A stretch of 64,000 nucleotides of DNA from an uncultured Candidatus Saccharibacteria bacterium (GCA_964413015.1 CAYPQZ010000014.1:459-64458); one strand, 5' to 3'. Shown: positions 50,553 to 62,278, counted from the stretch's first letter. A program made the numbers and translations. The notes: a model not told the origin generated them from the sequence alone.

Positions 50553-50837
50553 ATGGCGGTTCCAAAGCAAAGACATACTAAATCAAGAAGAAATAAGAGA
50601 CGTTCTCACCATGCTTTGAATAAGAAGCATTTTTTTGCTTGTCCCAAGTGCGGCGAACCGGTTTTGCCTCACCGTGTCTGTCAGAACTGTGGAACTTACG
50701 CCGGCAAAGAGATGATTGACGTGATGGCTAAATTGACTAAAAAAGAAAAGAAGCAGAAAGAAAAAGAAATGGCCGCCCAAGAGAAAGAACAGGTCCATGA
50801 AAAGTCGTTAAATATAGAAGACCTGTCTAAAAAATAG
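50553..50837 (+). CDS. rpmF: 50S ribosomal protein L32 with K/E-rich C-terminal extension
   Basis: MAVPKQRHTKSRRNKRRSHHAL, zinc ribbon CPKCG...CQNCG. Confidence 0.8.
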   Translation: MAVPKQRHTKSRRNKRRSHHALNKKHFFACPKCGEPVLPHRVCQNCGTYAGKEMIDVMAKLTKKEKKQKEKEMAAQEKEQVHEKSLNIEDLSKK

Positions 50838-50906
50838 TAGCCCGTATTTTGTAGCTTGTATTTCGTACGAATCAAATACTAAATACTAAATACTAAATAC
50901 TAAACA

Positions 50907-51344
50907 ATGGCTAATCGTCATTTATCTCGTTCCGTTGCCATGCAGTCTCTTTATGAGTGGGATTTCAAAGGGAAAAACCCTGGTCAGTTAAAAGAAATCG
51001 TTAAACGGTCAATTAAAGAGTTTGCTCCAGGCCTGGAAGAAACCGATTTTGTCTGGCAAATAATTGACGGAGTGATTAAAAATTTACCCAAACTGGATAA
51101 GATCATTGAAAAATCGGCTCCAGAGTGGCCTCTTGAACAGATTACTGTCGTTGACCGTAATGTTTTAAGAATTGGGTTATACGAACTGCTTTTTGGCAGC
51201 CGGAACGAAGTTCCTCCAAAAGTGGCTATTAACGAGGCGATTGAATTAGCTAAAACCTTCGGCGGCGAATCTTCAGGCAAATTTATTAACGGGGTTTTAG
51301 GAACTGTTTACCGGGAAATTGGAGAACCCGGAAAAGACGAGTAA
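50907..51344 (+). CDS. nusB: transcription antitermination factor NusB
   Basis: [17 protein letters not shown]..., all-helical NusB fold length. Confidence 0.85.
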   Translation: MANRHLSRSVAMQSLYEWDFKGKNPGQLKEIVKRSIKEFAPGLEETDFVWQIIDGVIKNLPKLDKIIEKSAPEWPLEQITVVDRNVLRIGLYELLFGSRNEVPPKVAINEAIELAKTFGGESSGKFINGVLGTVYREIGEPGKDE

Positions 51345-51461
51345 AATTTTGTAATTTTTAATTTTATGATTTTGTAAATAAATCTTAATTTCTAAGTTTT
51401 AAAAATTAAATCATTAAAAATTATTTAAAAATTAAAAATTGGAAATTAAAAATTTCCTCTT
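51345..51461. repeat. ~115-nt AT-rich direct repeat, copy 1 (5' of rnc)
   Basis: aaattttgtaatttttaattttatgattttgtaaataaatcttaatttctaag...aaaaattggaaattaaaaat. ~96% identical to 52149-52266. Confidence 0.85.
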
Positions 51462-52148
51462 ATGGCTTTATCTTCTTTGGAAAAATCTATTGGCGTTGAG
51501 TTTAAGAACAAGGATTTGCTTCAGCAGTCCTTGATCCATCGTTCCTATTTAAATGAAAATCCGGATTTCCGTTTAAAAGATAATGAACGGCTTGAATTTT
51601 TAGGAGACGCGGTGTTGGAAATGGCAGTTACCGAGCATCTTTACGATAATTATCCCAATCCGGAAGGCGAATTGACTAACTGGCGGGCCGCTTTGGTCAA
51701 TGCCAAAATGTTAGCCAAGGTGGCTAGTCGGCTAGAAGTAAACAACCATTTACTTTTGAGCCGCGGAGAGAAAAAAGATATTGGTAGGGCCCGTCAATAT
51801 ATTTTAGCCGACGCGTTTGAGGCCCTAATCGGAGCGATTTTTCTGGATCAGGGATACGATAAAGTCAGCAAGTTCATTGAAGGCAATATTTTAAAGGAAC
51901 TGCCCAAAATTATTTCGCAAAAGCTTTACAAAGATCCTAAAAGCGACTTTCAAGAGAGATCTCAGGAAAGGGTCGGAGTTACTCCTACATATGAAGTCCT
52001 TAAGGAATGGGGTCCTGACCATGCTAAAAACTTTATAGTCGGCCTTTATTTGGGAGAAGAATTAATAGCTCAAGGACAGGGCGTTTCCAAGCAGGAAGCC
52101 CAGGAAAAAGCGGCCGAAGAGGCCCTAAAGACGAAAAAATGGGAATAA
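51462..52148 (+). CDS. rnc: ribonuclease III
   Basis: RNase III signature ERLEFLGDAVLEMAVTEHLY and C-terminal dsRBD. Confidence 0.9.
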   Translation: MALSSLEKSIGVEFKNKDLLQQSLIHRSYLNENPDFRLKDNERLEFLGDAVLEMAVTEHLYDNYPNPEGELTNWRAALVNAKMLAKVASRLEVNNHLLLSRGEKKDIGRARQYILADAFEALIGAIFLDQGYDKVSKFIEGNILKELPKIISQKLYKDPKSDFQERSQERVGVTPTYEVLKEWGPDHAKNFIVGLYLGEELIAQGQGVSKQEAQEKAAEEALKTKKWE

Positions 52149-52266
52149 GAAAATTTTGTAATTTTTAATTTTATAATTTTGTAAATGAATCTTAATTTCT
52201 AATTTTTAAAAATTAAATCATTAAAAATTATTTAAAAATTAAAAATTGGAAATTAAAAATTAAGCT
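52149..52266. repeat. ~115-nt AT-rich direct repeat, copy 2 (5' of rpsP)
   Basis: Near-identical to copy 1; differs at ~5 positions and in the last ~15 nt. Confidence 0.85.
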
Positions 52267-52683
52267 ATGCTTACTATTCGTTTAATTAGAACAGGGAAAA
52301 AGAACAAATCCAATTTCAGAGTTATTCTTGCAGAAAAAACAGTTTCGCCTAAAAGCGGGAAGTTTTTAGAATTATTAGGGAATTACAATCCCCATCAGAA
52401 GGAGATTAGTTTTAAAAAAGAGCGGATAAAATACTGGATTTCCAAAGGAGCTAAGGCGTCTGATACCGTTCATAATCTGTTAGTGAGAGAAGGAGTAATT
52501 AAAGGTCCTAAAATTAAGAAAAAGATAAAAATTAAGAAGAAAAAAGCGGCAGAGGAACCAAAAGAGAAGGCTCCGGCGCAAGACCAAGTTTCTGATTCAA
52601 AAGACGTTGAGCAAAAAATTGACTCCGTAAAAAAAAACGGAGTTGACAAATCTGAAAAGAAGGAATATAATAAAGAAGATTAG
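52267..52683 (+). CDS. rpsP: 30S ribosomal protein S16 with Lys-rich C-terminal tail
   Basis: MLTIRLIRTGKKNKSNFRVILAEK. Confidence 0.9.
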   Translation: MLTIRLIRTGKKNKSNFRVILAEKTVSPKSGKFLELLGNYNPHQKEISFKKERIKYWISKGAKASDTVHNLLVREGVIKGPKIKKKIKIKKKKAAEEPKEKAPAQDQVSDSKDVEQKIDSVKKNGVDKSEKKEYNKED

Positions 52684-52770
52684 CAGTCTTATGGAAAAGG
52701 TCGAACTGCTATAAATGCGAAAATCTTGAATGAATTAGTCTACAATTAATTTCCGGTAACTGTTAAATTA

Positions 52771-53142
52771 TTGGAAATAATTGTTGGTTATAGAAATATG
52801 GCTAAGATGCCTACTGATCAAGAATTTCTGGAGTTTATTATCAAGTCCATAGTTTCTCACCCCGACGACGTTAAGGTAGTCCGAACCGTTGACGAGATGG
52901 GAGTCCTATTAAATCTTAAGGTTCACCCTGAAGATATGGGGCAGGTTATTGGACGAGAAGGATCTACTGCCAGGGCGATTCGAAGCATTCTTAGGGTAAT
53001 TGGCGTTAAGAATAATGCTCGAATTAATCTTAAGATTGAAGAGCCGGAAGGCGGCAGGGTCAATCGACCCCAGGAAAAGGAACCTACTTCTGAAGAGCCT
53101 AAGAAAGGCGTTGACGAAGTAGTTGAAGAGTTAAAACTGTAA
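52771..53142 (+). CDS. KH-domain RNA-binding protein (UPF0109/YlqC-like)
   Basis: FLEFIIKSIVSHPDDVKVV...GQVIGREGSTARAIRSIL with the GxxG KH motif. The true start is probably an internal Met (52798 or 52807). Confidence 0.78.
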   Translation: MEIIVGYRNMAKMPTDQEFLEFIIKSIVSHPDDVKVVRTVDEMGVLLNLKVHPEDMGQVIGREGSTARAIRSILRVIGVKNNARINLKIEEPEGGRVNRPQEKEPTSEEPKKGVDEVVEELKL

Positions 53143-53174
53143 AATTTCACTCTTTAATTTTGTAGAGTTTAGAA

Positions 53175-53207
53175 AGCCGTGCTATCATAATAGTACGGTT
53201 TTCTTCT
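53175..53207 (+). terminator. rho-independent terminator
   Basis: agccgtgcta-tcataa-tagtacggtt hairpin (with G-U pair) followed by ttttcttct. Confidence 0.5.
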
Positions 53208-53210
53208 ATT

Positions 53211-53223
53211 GGGGACTGTCCCC
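53211..53223. repeat. GGGGACTGTCCCC palindrome
   Basis: Same variant as at 32455-32482. Lies within the spurious 5' extension of the trmD ORF call. Confidence 0.6.
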
Positions 53224-53238
53224 AAAAATAAAATAGTC

Positions 53239-53898
53239 ATGCGGTTTGATATTATAACAATTTTTCCTGAGATATTTGGTTCATACTTCAATGAATCAAT
53301 CATTAAAAAGGCCCGGCAAAAAAAGTTGGTTAAAATTAACATTCACAATTTGCGGGATTATACTTCTGACAAACGTAAAAGCGTAGACGATAAACCATAT
53401 GGTGGCGGATTCGGCATGGTTTTAATAGCCGAGCCGATAAAAAAAGCTGTTGATTTTATCAAAAGGAAATCCAGGGTTAAAAAAAGAAAAATAATTTTGC
53501 TGTCGGCCAAGGGTAAGAAATTTGATCAAAAAATAGCCAAGAGATTTTCTAAATTGGAGCAGCTTGTTTTAGTCTGTGGTCGGTATGAAGGAGTTGATGA
53601 GCGAGTGGCTAAATATGTTGCTGATGAAGAAATTTCTATTGGTGACTATATCCTGACCGGCGGTGAGATCCCGGCCATGATTTTGGTGGATTCAATTACT
53701 AGATTAATTCCGGGGGTTATTACCGAGGGTTCGTTGGAAGAAGAAAGTTTTACTCGAAACGACAAACATAAAGAATATCCTCATTATACTCGTCCAGAAA
53801 CTATAATTATTGACGGCAAAAAAAGAAACGTTCCGAAAGTCCTTATATCCGGCAATCATCAAAAGATTAAAGAGTGGAAAAAGAAGTTAACCAAGTAG
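53239..53898 (+). CDS. trmD: tRNA (guanine37-N1)-methyltransferase
   Basis: MRFDIITIFPEIF, SPOUT knot motifs (GGGFGMV, VCGRYEGVDER, YILTGGE). Start moved from 53209. Confidence 0.9.
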   Translation: MRFDIITIFPEIFGSYFNESIIKKARQKKLVKINIHNLRDYTSDKRKSVDDKPYGGGFGMVLIAEPIKKAVDFIKRKSRVKKRKIILLSAKGKKFDQKIAKRFSKLEQLVLVCGRYEGVDERVAKYVADEEISIGDYILTGGEIPAMILVDSITRLIPGVITEGSLEEESFTRNDKHKEYPHYTRPETIIIDGKKRNVPKVLISGNHQKIKEWKKKLTK

Positions 53899-53967
53899 AA
53901 GAATTTTGAATATCTCTAATTTAAATTTCAACAAAGTTGAAATTTGTTTCAAAATTTCTCTACTTGG

Positions 53968-53996
53968 TTGACAGGAAAACTTGGATAATATAGAAT
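53968..53996 (+). promoter_or_regulatory. candidate rRNA promoter
   Basis: TTGACA-17 nt-TAGAAT ~100 nt upstream of the 16S 5' end. Preceded by the palindrome tttcaacaaagttgaaa. Confidence 0.4.
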
Positions 53997-54048
53997 AAAG
54001 AAGCTCTTTGATAATTTAATAAGCAATTGCAATTTTGTGCAGTTGTCC

Positions 54049-54083
54049 CAGCCCGCAATGCTTCGCATAGCGATGCAGGCGGG
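54049..54083. repeat. CCCGCAATGC..CATAG..GCAGGCGGG motif copy in the 16S leader
   Basis: cagcccgcaatgcttcgcatagcgatgcaggcggg. Confidence 0.6.
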
Positions 54084-54094
54084 CCAAATTAGTT

Positions 54095-56566
<2,472 letters not shown>

Positions 56567-56629
56567 CTATATATTTTTTGACAGGAACAGGTTTCTGTTG
56601 TCTGCTAAATATATGGGGTGTTGATACAG

Positions 56630-56657
56630 GTTGAGATATGAGAATTCTTATCTCAAC
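56630..56657. repeat. inverted repeat GTTGAGATA-N10-TATCTCAAC (candidate recombinase core site)
   Basis: gttgagatatgagaattcttatctcaac, 65 nt after the 16S 3' end and 40 nt before the first integrase ORF. Confidence 0.5.
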
Positions 56658-56695
56658 TAGTAGGTGTTGGCCGAAAAGCCTTAAATATCGGCCAT

Positions 56696-57730
56696 ATGGG
56701 ACAACTACACAAGATTTGCAATTTGACTAAAGAACCTTGTTTAATACAGACAGGGTTTTTTAGTTTTATGAATACACAACAATTACTATATAAGAAAGCA
56801 CCACGATCCATTGACATTTTTAATAGAAATACAAAGAAAGCACCACGATCTAGTAACAATTTAGCTATTTCAAGTATAATTCCTGAGTTTTTAATCTACG
56901 CTAAATTTGAAAAAAGATTTGCCAATGAGTCCATAATTAAATACCAAGACTGTTTTAGGGGTTTTATAAGAGAAGTTGGAGATGTTTTTTTAAGTGATTT
57001 AAATACAGAGCATTTTAGTCAATTAAAGCAGAATCTTTTTAGCCGGGGGATTAGTGAAGCAAGGGTAGCTAGTGTTATTTTCTCAATGAAGAGTTTATTA
57101 AATTATTGTAAAGAGGTTAAGCATTTAAAAGTAATTAGTTCTAGGAAAATAAGATCTCCAAGACGGCCCAGGAGGGAGGTTATTTTTTTAAGTAATGAAG
57201 AAATTAGAAAATTTATAAAAGTAATAGATATAAAATCAACTTATGGATTAAGATTCAGAACATTAGTTGAAGTTCTTCTTGGTACTGGAATGAGAATATC
57301 AGAAGCATTATCTTTAGATCGTGATTCAATTGATTATGCAAAACGAGAAGTTAAAATTATCGGTAAAGGGAATAAAGAAAGGATTGTGTTTTTTAATAAT
57401 AGATCTCTAGAGTGGATTAGAAAGTATCTATCCGAGAGATGGGATGCTGAACAACCTATATTTATAACGCATGGAAACAATAGACGATTAAGTCGTAGTG
57501 GCGTTATGAGAGATTTTAAGAGATACAGGGATAAAGCCGGTATTAAAAAGAAAGTTAGTCCTCATATACTTCGTCATACTGTAGCTACAAATCTACTTTT
57601 TAATGGTTGTCCAATTTCGCATGTAAAAGAAATTCTTGGCCATACGCGCTTAGAAACAACTTGTAAATATTATTTAGGATTAGATAAGCGAAAAGCCAAA
57701 CAAGCACATAATAAGTTTCTACAATATTGA
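56696..57730 (+). CDS. tyrosine site-specific recombinase (phage integrase family), copy 1
   Basis: Core-binding SAM-like N-domain. Catalytic R (RISEALSL), H-x-x-R (HILRHT), and LGH...TT.KYY with the Tyr nucleophile. Alternative start at 56768. Confidence 0.85.
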   Translation: MGQLHKICNLTKEPCLIQTGFFSFMNTQQLLYKKAPRSIDIFNRNTKKAPRSSNNLAISSIIPEFLIYAKFEKRFANESIIKYQDCFRGFIREVGDVFLSDLNTEHFSQLKQNLFSRGISEARVASVIFSMKSLLNYCKEVKHLKVISSRKIRSPRRPRREVIFLSNEEIRKFIKVIDIKSTYGLRFRTLVEVLLGTGMRISEALSLDRDSIDYAKREVKIIGKGNKERIVFFNNRSLEWIRKYLSERWDAEQPIFITHGNNRRLSRSGVMRDFKRYRDKAGIKKKVSPHILRHTVATNLLFNGCPISHVKEILGHTRLETTCKYYLGLDKRKAKQAHNKFLQY

Positions 57731-57772
57731 TAGAAATAAAATCAAAAGTATCTTTTTCGTAGGTATATAGGG

Positions 57773-57801
57773 TTGACAATCTTTAAAAAGAAATGATAAT
57801 A
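57773..57801 (+). promoter_or_regulatory. sigma70-like promoter
   Basis: TTGACA-16/17 nt-GATAAT immediately upstream of the 57809 ORF. Confidence 0.4.
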
Positions 57802-57808
57802 TGTCAAT

Positions 57809-58234
57809 ATGAAAGATAAAAGGAATAATCTGATTATTAGAAAATCTGATTATAAAAGGAATAAAGGAGCCTTTATCTGGGAAGGTAAAAAAGAAGATTA
57901 TACAGAGCTTAAGGAAACAAGAAAATGGAGATGTCTCAAGTGCCACCGAATACTTGCAAATAATGTAGAGAATGATATAATTACGGTTAAAGGAGAAGGA
58001 AGACAAGAAATTAAGATCAGATTTAAAGCAATACGATGTATTTGCCCAGGTTCAAAAAGAAAAGGAACTGAAGGATGTAATACTGATAACAGACTTGTCT
58101 CTTATGTAGATCTCCTGTCGGAAAAATACGAACCGATTCAACTCGTTAAAACTGATTTAAAAATACAAAAAGAAATCGAAGAAAGTAGAAATAAAAATAT
58201 TCAGAATAAGATAGAAGAATTGAGTAATTTGTAA
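57809..58234 (+). CDS. hypothetical Cys-rich (zinc-ribbon-like) protein between the two recombinase genes
   Basis: CLKCH..., CICPGS..., GC spacing suggests a Zn ribbon. No family assignment. Confidence 0.45.
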   Translation: MKDKRNNLIIRKSDYKRNKGAFIWEGKKEDYTELKETRKWRCLKCHRILANNVENDIITVKGEGRQEIKIRFKAIRCICPGSKRKGTEGCNTDNRLVSYVDLLSEKYEPIQLVKTDLKIQKEIEESRNKNIQNKIEELSNL

Positions 58235-58316
58235 TTAACAAGATGGTCAGGTTAGGAGGATGCTATATGTACCCTCTTAAAAAAATCTAGTATTTGGCTA
58301 GTTGTAAAACGTGTTA

Positions 58317-58352
58317 TTAATCCCGTGCATAATTTTATGTGCGGGATTTTTA
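58317..58352 (+). terminator. hairpin plus T-run (terminator)
   Basis: atcccgtgcat-aatttt-atgtgcgggat (11-bp stem with two G-U pairs) followed by ttttaatt. Confidence 0.45.
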
Positions 58353-58355
58353 ATT

Positions 58356-59288
58356 ATGAAGATAAGAGAATTACTAAAAGTAATAAAAGAGGGAACAAAA
58401 GGAAAGAAATACCTTATTAGTATTTTAATACCTGATTTTATAGACTGGCTTTCCCTGGATTTAAATTTGGCTCCTCAAACATTAGAGAAGCATAAGGAAT
58501 GTCTCGATCATGTTATTCGTTATATTGGAGATTTAGACATAAGAGAGATGACATCTGTTGATGTTTTAAATATAAAAAAAGAGATGAATAAAAAGAAATT
58601 AAGCCCAGCACGTATTAATAGTATTATTTTTGCACTACGAAAATTATTAAGATTTTGCGATTCTGTTTTAAATATTAAGGTCCTTGATCCAGCTAAAATG
58701 ATTCCATTAAAAATCAAACAAAAGCAGGTTGTATATTTAACTAATAAAGAAATCGATATATTTAGAAAAGCAATTAATACATCAACAAGATACGGGAAGC
58801 GTTTTAGAGCCTTGTTTGAAACTTTGCTTAGTTCGGGTTTACGCATAAGCGAAGCTTTGTCTTTAGATCGTGATTCAATTAATTACGAAAAGAAAGAGGC
58901 TAATATTGTTGGTAAAGGAGGAAGACCTAGGACTGTTTATTTCAATGATGATGCAATAACTCGAATCAATATTTATTTAGAAACTAGATGGGACGATGAA
59001 CCAGCACTTTTTGTTACTCATGGTGGTGAACCAACTAGATTAAAAAGAGGAAGCGTTGAGCAAGAATTTAGTAGGTATAGGAAATTTGTAAATATAAAGA
59101 AAAAAGTTACTGCCCATACTCTAAGACATTCGTTCTGCACAAATTTACATCATCATGGACTTGATATCCTATGGATTAAAGAATTAGCCGGGCATAGAGA
59201 TATTCAAACTACAGCTAAATATTACATTGGTACAAGCAAAAAGAAAATCAAAGAAGCCCACCGTAAATATTTGAATTTTAATAATTAA
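58356..59288 (+). CDS. tyrosine site-specific recombinase, copy 2 (paralog of 56696)
   Basis: Same architecture and motifs (LRISEALSLDRDSI, HTLRHSF, LAGH...TTAKYY); ~45% identity to copy 1 by eye. Start moved from 58311. Confidence 0.85.
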   Translation: MKIRELLKVIKEGTKGKKYLISILIPDFIDWLSLDLNLAPQTLEKHKECLDHVIRYIGDLDIREMTSVDVLNIKKEMNKKKLSPARINSIIFALRKLLRFCDSVLNIKVLDPAKMIPLKIKQKQVVYLTNKEIDIFRKAINTSTRYGKRFRALFETLLSSGLRISEALSLDRDSINYEKKEANIVGKGGRPRTVYFNDDAITRINIYLETRWDDEPALFVTHGGEPTRLKRGSVEQEFSRYRKFVNIKKKVTAHTLRHSFCTNLHHHGLDILWIKELAGHRDIQTTAKYYIGTSKKKIKEAHRKYLNFNN

Positions 59289-59326
59289 TTAATAAGTTAA
59301 TTTTCGTTTAAGGAGTCAGACATAAC

Positions 59327-60850
59327 TTGAAAAAGTTAGTTACTTATAACGGTAGCATGTCTGGCTTCCTAAATGGGAATAGCTACCGTTATATGAATAA
59401 AGAATTAGGAACATTTAATGAGATAATAGAAGAAGCAAAGAAGAATAAAACATTTAATACGGGGTCAATAGTACCTAATGAAAGCGAAGTAGAAGAAATG
59501 GAAAGAGATGATGAATATTCAAGAGAAGAAAAGAAAAAGAAAATCATAAAAGCTAAAGCAAAAATTAAAGATAATATTAAGCAGAAAAAGAAAGTGCAAA
59601 AATTACTTTTAAATCCAAGGTTACTTTATAACATAAAAAGTCAATTTGAGAAATTAGGGATTGCTGGAGAAACTAGAAATTCTTTAATGATTTATTTGGC
59701 TCTAACAAGTCGAATGATGGACAAACCAATAAGTATAGTTAATAAAGGTGATTCTTCTTCCGGTAAATCTTATATGATTAATTTGATTCTAAGGCTTTTT
59801 CCTAAAAACGCTTATATTGAAATGACTGCCGCAACTGCTCAAAGCTTTTATCATGCTGGAAAGGATGATTTTAAACATAAGATTATTATTATTTATGAGA
59901 GAAAGGGCTCAGAGAATAGCGATTATTCAATTCGTTCTTTTCAATCCGAAGGAAATTTAAAGCTTCAAATTACAGTGAAGAATAAAAAAACAGGCAATTT
60001 CGAAGTTAAACGCAAAGAGGTACTCGGGCCAGTTGGCTTTTTAACAACTACTACTGATCCACACATTCATGATGAAAATGAAACCAGGGTTTTTAGCCTA
60101 TACACCAATGAGAGTGTAATACAAACGGCAAGAATATTTAAAGCAAGTAGTGCGGGATATAAAGGAATTAATCCAATTAGTAATCTCAGATTAAAGAAAT
60201 TTAAAAAACTCCAGCGATTATTAAAAACATATAAGATTTCAATTCCTTATGTGGACGACCTAATAAGCGTTTTCCCTCATAAACCAGTTAGAGTTAGAAG
60301 AGATTTTCCAAGATTTCTTACTTTAATATCGGTTGTTACTTTACTACACCAACATCAAAGAGAAAAAAAAATTATTAAAAAAGAAGAATATTTAGTGTCA
60401 AGTCTAGCTGATTATTATATCGCCAAGATTATCGCTGAAAGAATGTTAAAGCAAACTATTTTTGAGATAGCTCCAAAGACAAAACAAGTTATTAAAGTCG
60501 CCAAAAAGATTATTAATTTAAAAATTAAAAAGCAAACCCTAAATGCTAAGAGTGGGATAAGTGTAATGGCCGGGCTAAATCCAACCTTTAATATTACAGA
60601 ATTAGCCAGAAAGATTGGATGGGAGTATAAAACAACTTACAAATGGTTCAAACCAGCGTTAGAGAAAGGTTATTTTACCATAGAAGAAGAACAGAGAGGT
60701 AGACAAGCTGCAACGTATAAAATCAATAAAATGAAAAATAATCAAATAATATTGCCAGAGGTTAATAATATGATTAAGAAATATCCGCTTAATAAAGAAA
60801 GAATCTATAATCCAATTACAGGAGAATACTTGGATTTAGGTAAAAAGTGA
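59327..60850 (+). CDS. P-loop NTPase, putative plasmid/phage replication (primase-helicase/D5-like) protein
   Basis: Walker A KGDSSSGKSY, and a Walker B-like IIIIYER. Size and context fit replication proteins of mobile elements. Family is uncertain. Confidence 0.5.
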   Translation: MKKLVTYNGSMSGFLNGNSYRYMNKELGTFNEIIEEAKKNKTFNTGSIVPNESEVEEMERDDEYSREEKKKKIIKAKAKIKDNIKQKKKVQKLLLNPRLLYNIKSQFEKLGIAGETRNSLMIYLALTSRMMDKPISIVNKGDSSSGKSYMINLILRLFPKNAYIEMTAATAQSFYHAGKDDFKHKIIIIYERKGSENSDYSIRSFQSEGNLKLQITVKNKKTGNFEVKRKEVLGPVGFLTTTTDPHIHDENETRVFSLYTNESVIQTARIFKASSAGYKGINPISNLRLKKFKKLQRLLKTYKISIPYVDDLISVFPHKPVRVRRDFPRFLTLISVVTLLHQHQREKKIIKKEEYLVSSLADYYIAKIIAERMLKQTIFEIAPKTKQVIKVAKKIINLKIKKQTLNAKSGISVMAGLNPTFNITELARKIGWEYKTTYKWFKPALEKGYFTIEEEQRGRQAATYKINKMKNNQIILPEVNNMIKKYPLNKERIYNPITGEYLDLGKK

Positions 60851-61261
60851 TGAGGTTCTTGTAGGTATGTTTTATGGATACGGAATAACCAACTTGCACT
60901 TTTATAAGAAAATAAACTTAATATTTTGTTACTACACTTCTATAAGAATGAACAAGAGAATATTAGTTTAATGGCTCTATTAATCAATTAAAAATAAAAA
61001 AAGTGGAAGTAGAGATTTCTATATTTACAAAAACATATCCATAAAGCTTTTGTATTGTACGTAGAAGCGTAGTAACAAATAAAAATATGGATAATTCTAA
61101 TATTATATGAAAAAAAAGAAGCAAAAAGAAAAAGAATCTTTAAGAATTAAGAGATTAAAAGCTAAAAATAGAAGAGACATTGGATATTCAATGGTTGATT
61201 TACTTCCTTTAAGCTTGAGTATTAGTAAAAAATTGAATAAGAAATAGTTTTATATTAATCC

Positions 61262-61810
61262 ATGAATAACAAATCTGTCAGAAATCGTCAGAAAATAACA
61301 CCAAAACAAATAGATTACTGGACGGAACCAAAACGGCAACTTTTTGAAATGGTTCTTGAAAGTTCTTTAAAGCGTCATGAGATGGCCAAGGAACTTAATA
61401 TAAGTACTAGAACGGTTCAAAGATGGATTAAGGATCCTTCGTTCCATGAGGCCTTAAGCATGAGCTCTGATGCTTGGAAAATGCAGATTACAGCACGGCG
61501 CTTAGATCTTATTAAAGAGCTTATAAAAGGATTAAGAAAAAGAATGGAAATATCAATAAATCAGGTATCTCCAGAAGTTTTACTAACAGAATATAGAAAG
61601 CTTTTATTTGATATCCCATTGAGAATATCTTCGGTTGCTATTCAACAAAATGTTTTCCCTAAAAAAATAACATCGCTTCCATGTTTATCTCCTAAAAAAA
61701 TAAAAATTGTAGAAAAAGCTGTTTTAAAATCACAGGGATATAACGAATTAAATGTCTCAAAAGAAGATATAGAAGCTGTTAGGAAAGAAAATGCATTAAA
61801 TAAACAGTAG
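61262..61810 (+). CDS. HTH-domain protein (terminase small subunit-like or regulator)
   Basis: AKELNISTRTVQRWIKDP helix-turn-helix near the N-terminus. Confidence 0.5.
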   Translation: MNNKSVRNRQKITPKQIDYWTEPKRQLFEMVLESSLKRHEMAKELNISTRTVQRWIKDPSFHEALSMSSDAWKMQITARRLDLIKELIKGLRKRMEISINQVSPEVLLTEYRKLLFDIPLRISSVAIQQNVFPKKITSLPCLSPKKIKIVEKAVLKSQGYNELNVSKEDIEAVRKENALNKQ

Positions 61811-61860
61811 TGTAAGCGCAAGAAAAGATTCTTTTTCTTAAAAATTAATAAGAGAAAAAT

Positions 61861-61896
61861 AAAAAAAGACCGACAGGGTATTAGCCCATCGGCCTT
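61861..61896 (-). terminator. rho-independent terminator (minus strand; weakly bidirectional)
   Basis: On the minus strand: ggccgaugggcuaauacccugucgguc followed by U7, just after the stop of the 61913-62278 gene. Confidence 0.55.
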
Positions 61897-61912
61897 TCTT
61901 GCTTCTCAGCGA

Positions 61913-62278
61913 CTAGAAGGGGAGATCTTCAATTTTTTCTATAACAGGAATTTCTCCAATTTCGTCAATCTGTTTTGTGAAATTACATCCAGGATAGGTA
62001 ATACATCCAAGGAAAGGACCATTTTTACCACGCCTTAATACCATTGGAGCTCCACATTTTTCGCAAAGCTGTTCTTCTTTGTTTTTCTTTTTATCATTAT
62101 TTGCTGTCATATTGCCATTAAATACTTTCTTTAAATCTTTGTATAGCTTATCGGCTTCTTGAACTGAATCTGCGCGAATATTTATCATTAGCGATTTTCT
62201 AATCACCTTCCCATCTGGTTTTTTATCAATTGTCTCATTTATCTGAATTCGATTAAAATCATGATTAATTGTAGCCAT
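61913..62278 (-). CDS. small protein with topoisomerase-type C4 zinc finger
   Basis: CEKCGAPMVLRRGKNGPFLGCITYPGC matches the zf-C4_Topoisom pattern. Confidence 0.55.
   Translation of the reverse strand: MATINHDFNRIQINETIDKKPDGKVIRKSLMINIRADSVQEADKLYKDLKKVFNGNMTANNDKKKNKEEQLCEKCGAPMVLRRGKNGPFLGCITYPGCNFTKQIDEIGEIPVIEKIEDLPF

Noticed and set aside
50872-50902. Tandem AAATACT ×4, considered as a CRISPR-like or variable-number repeat
   Set aside because: 7-nt units with no spacers and no cas genes. It is a simple microsatellite within the rpmF-nusB spacer repeat.
61109-61249. 46-aa K-rich ORF (MKKKKQKEKESLRIKRLKAKNRR…) in the 410-nt gap between the NTPase and HTH genes
   Set aside because: Low-complexity sequence with no clear ribosome-binding site. 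In AT-rich DNA such ORFs arise by chance, so it is not annotated.
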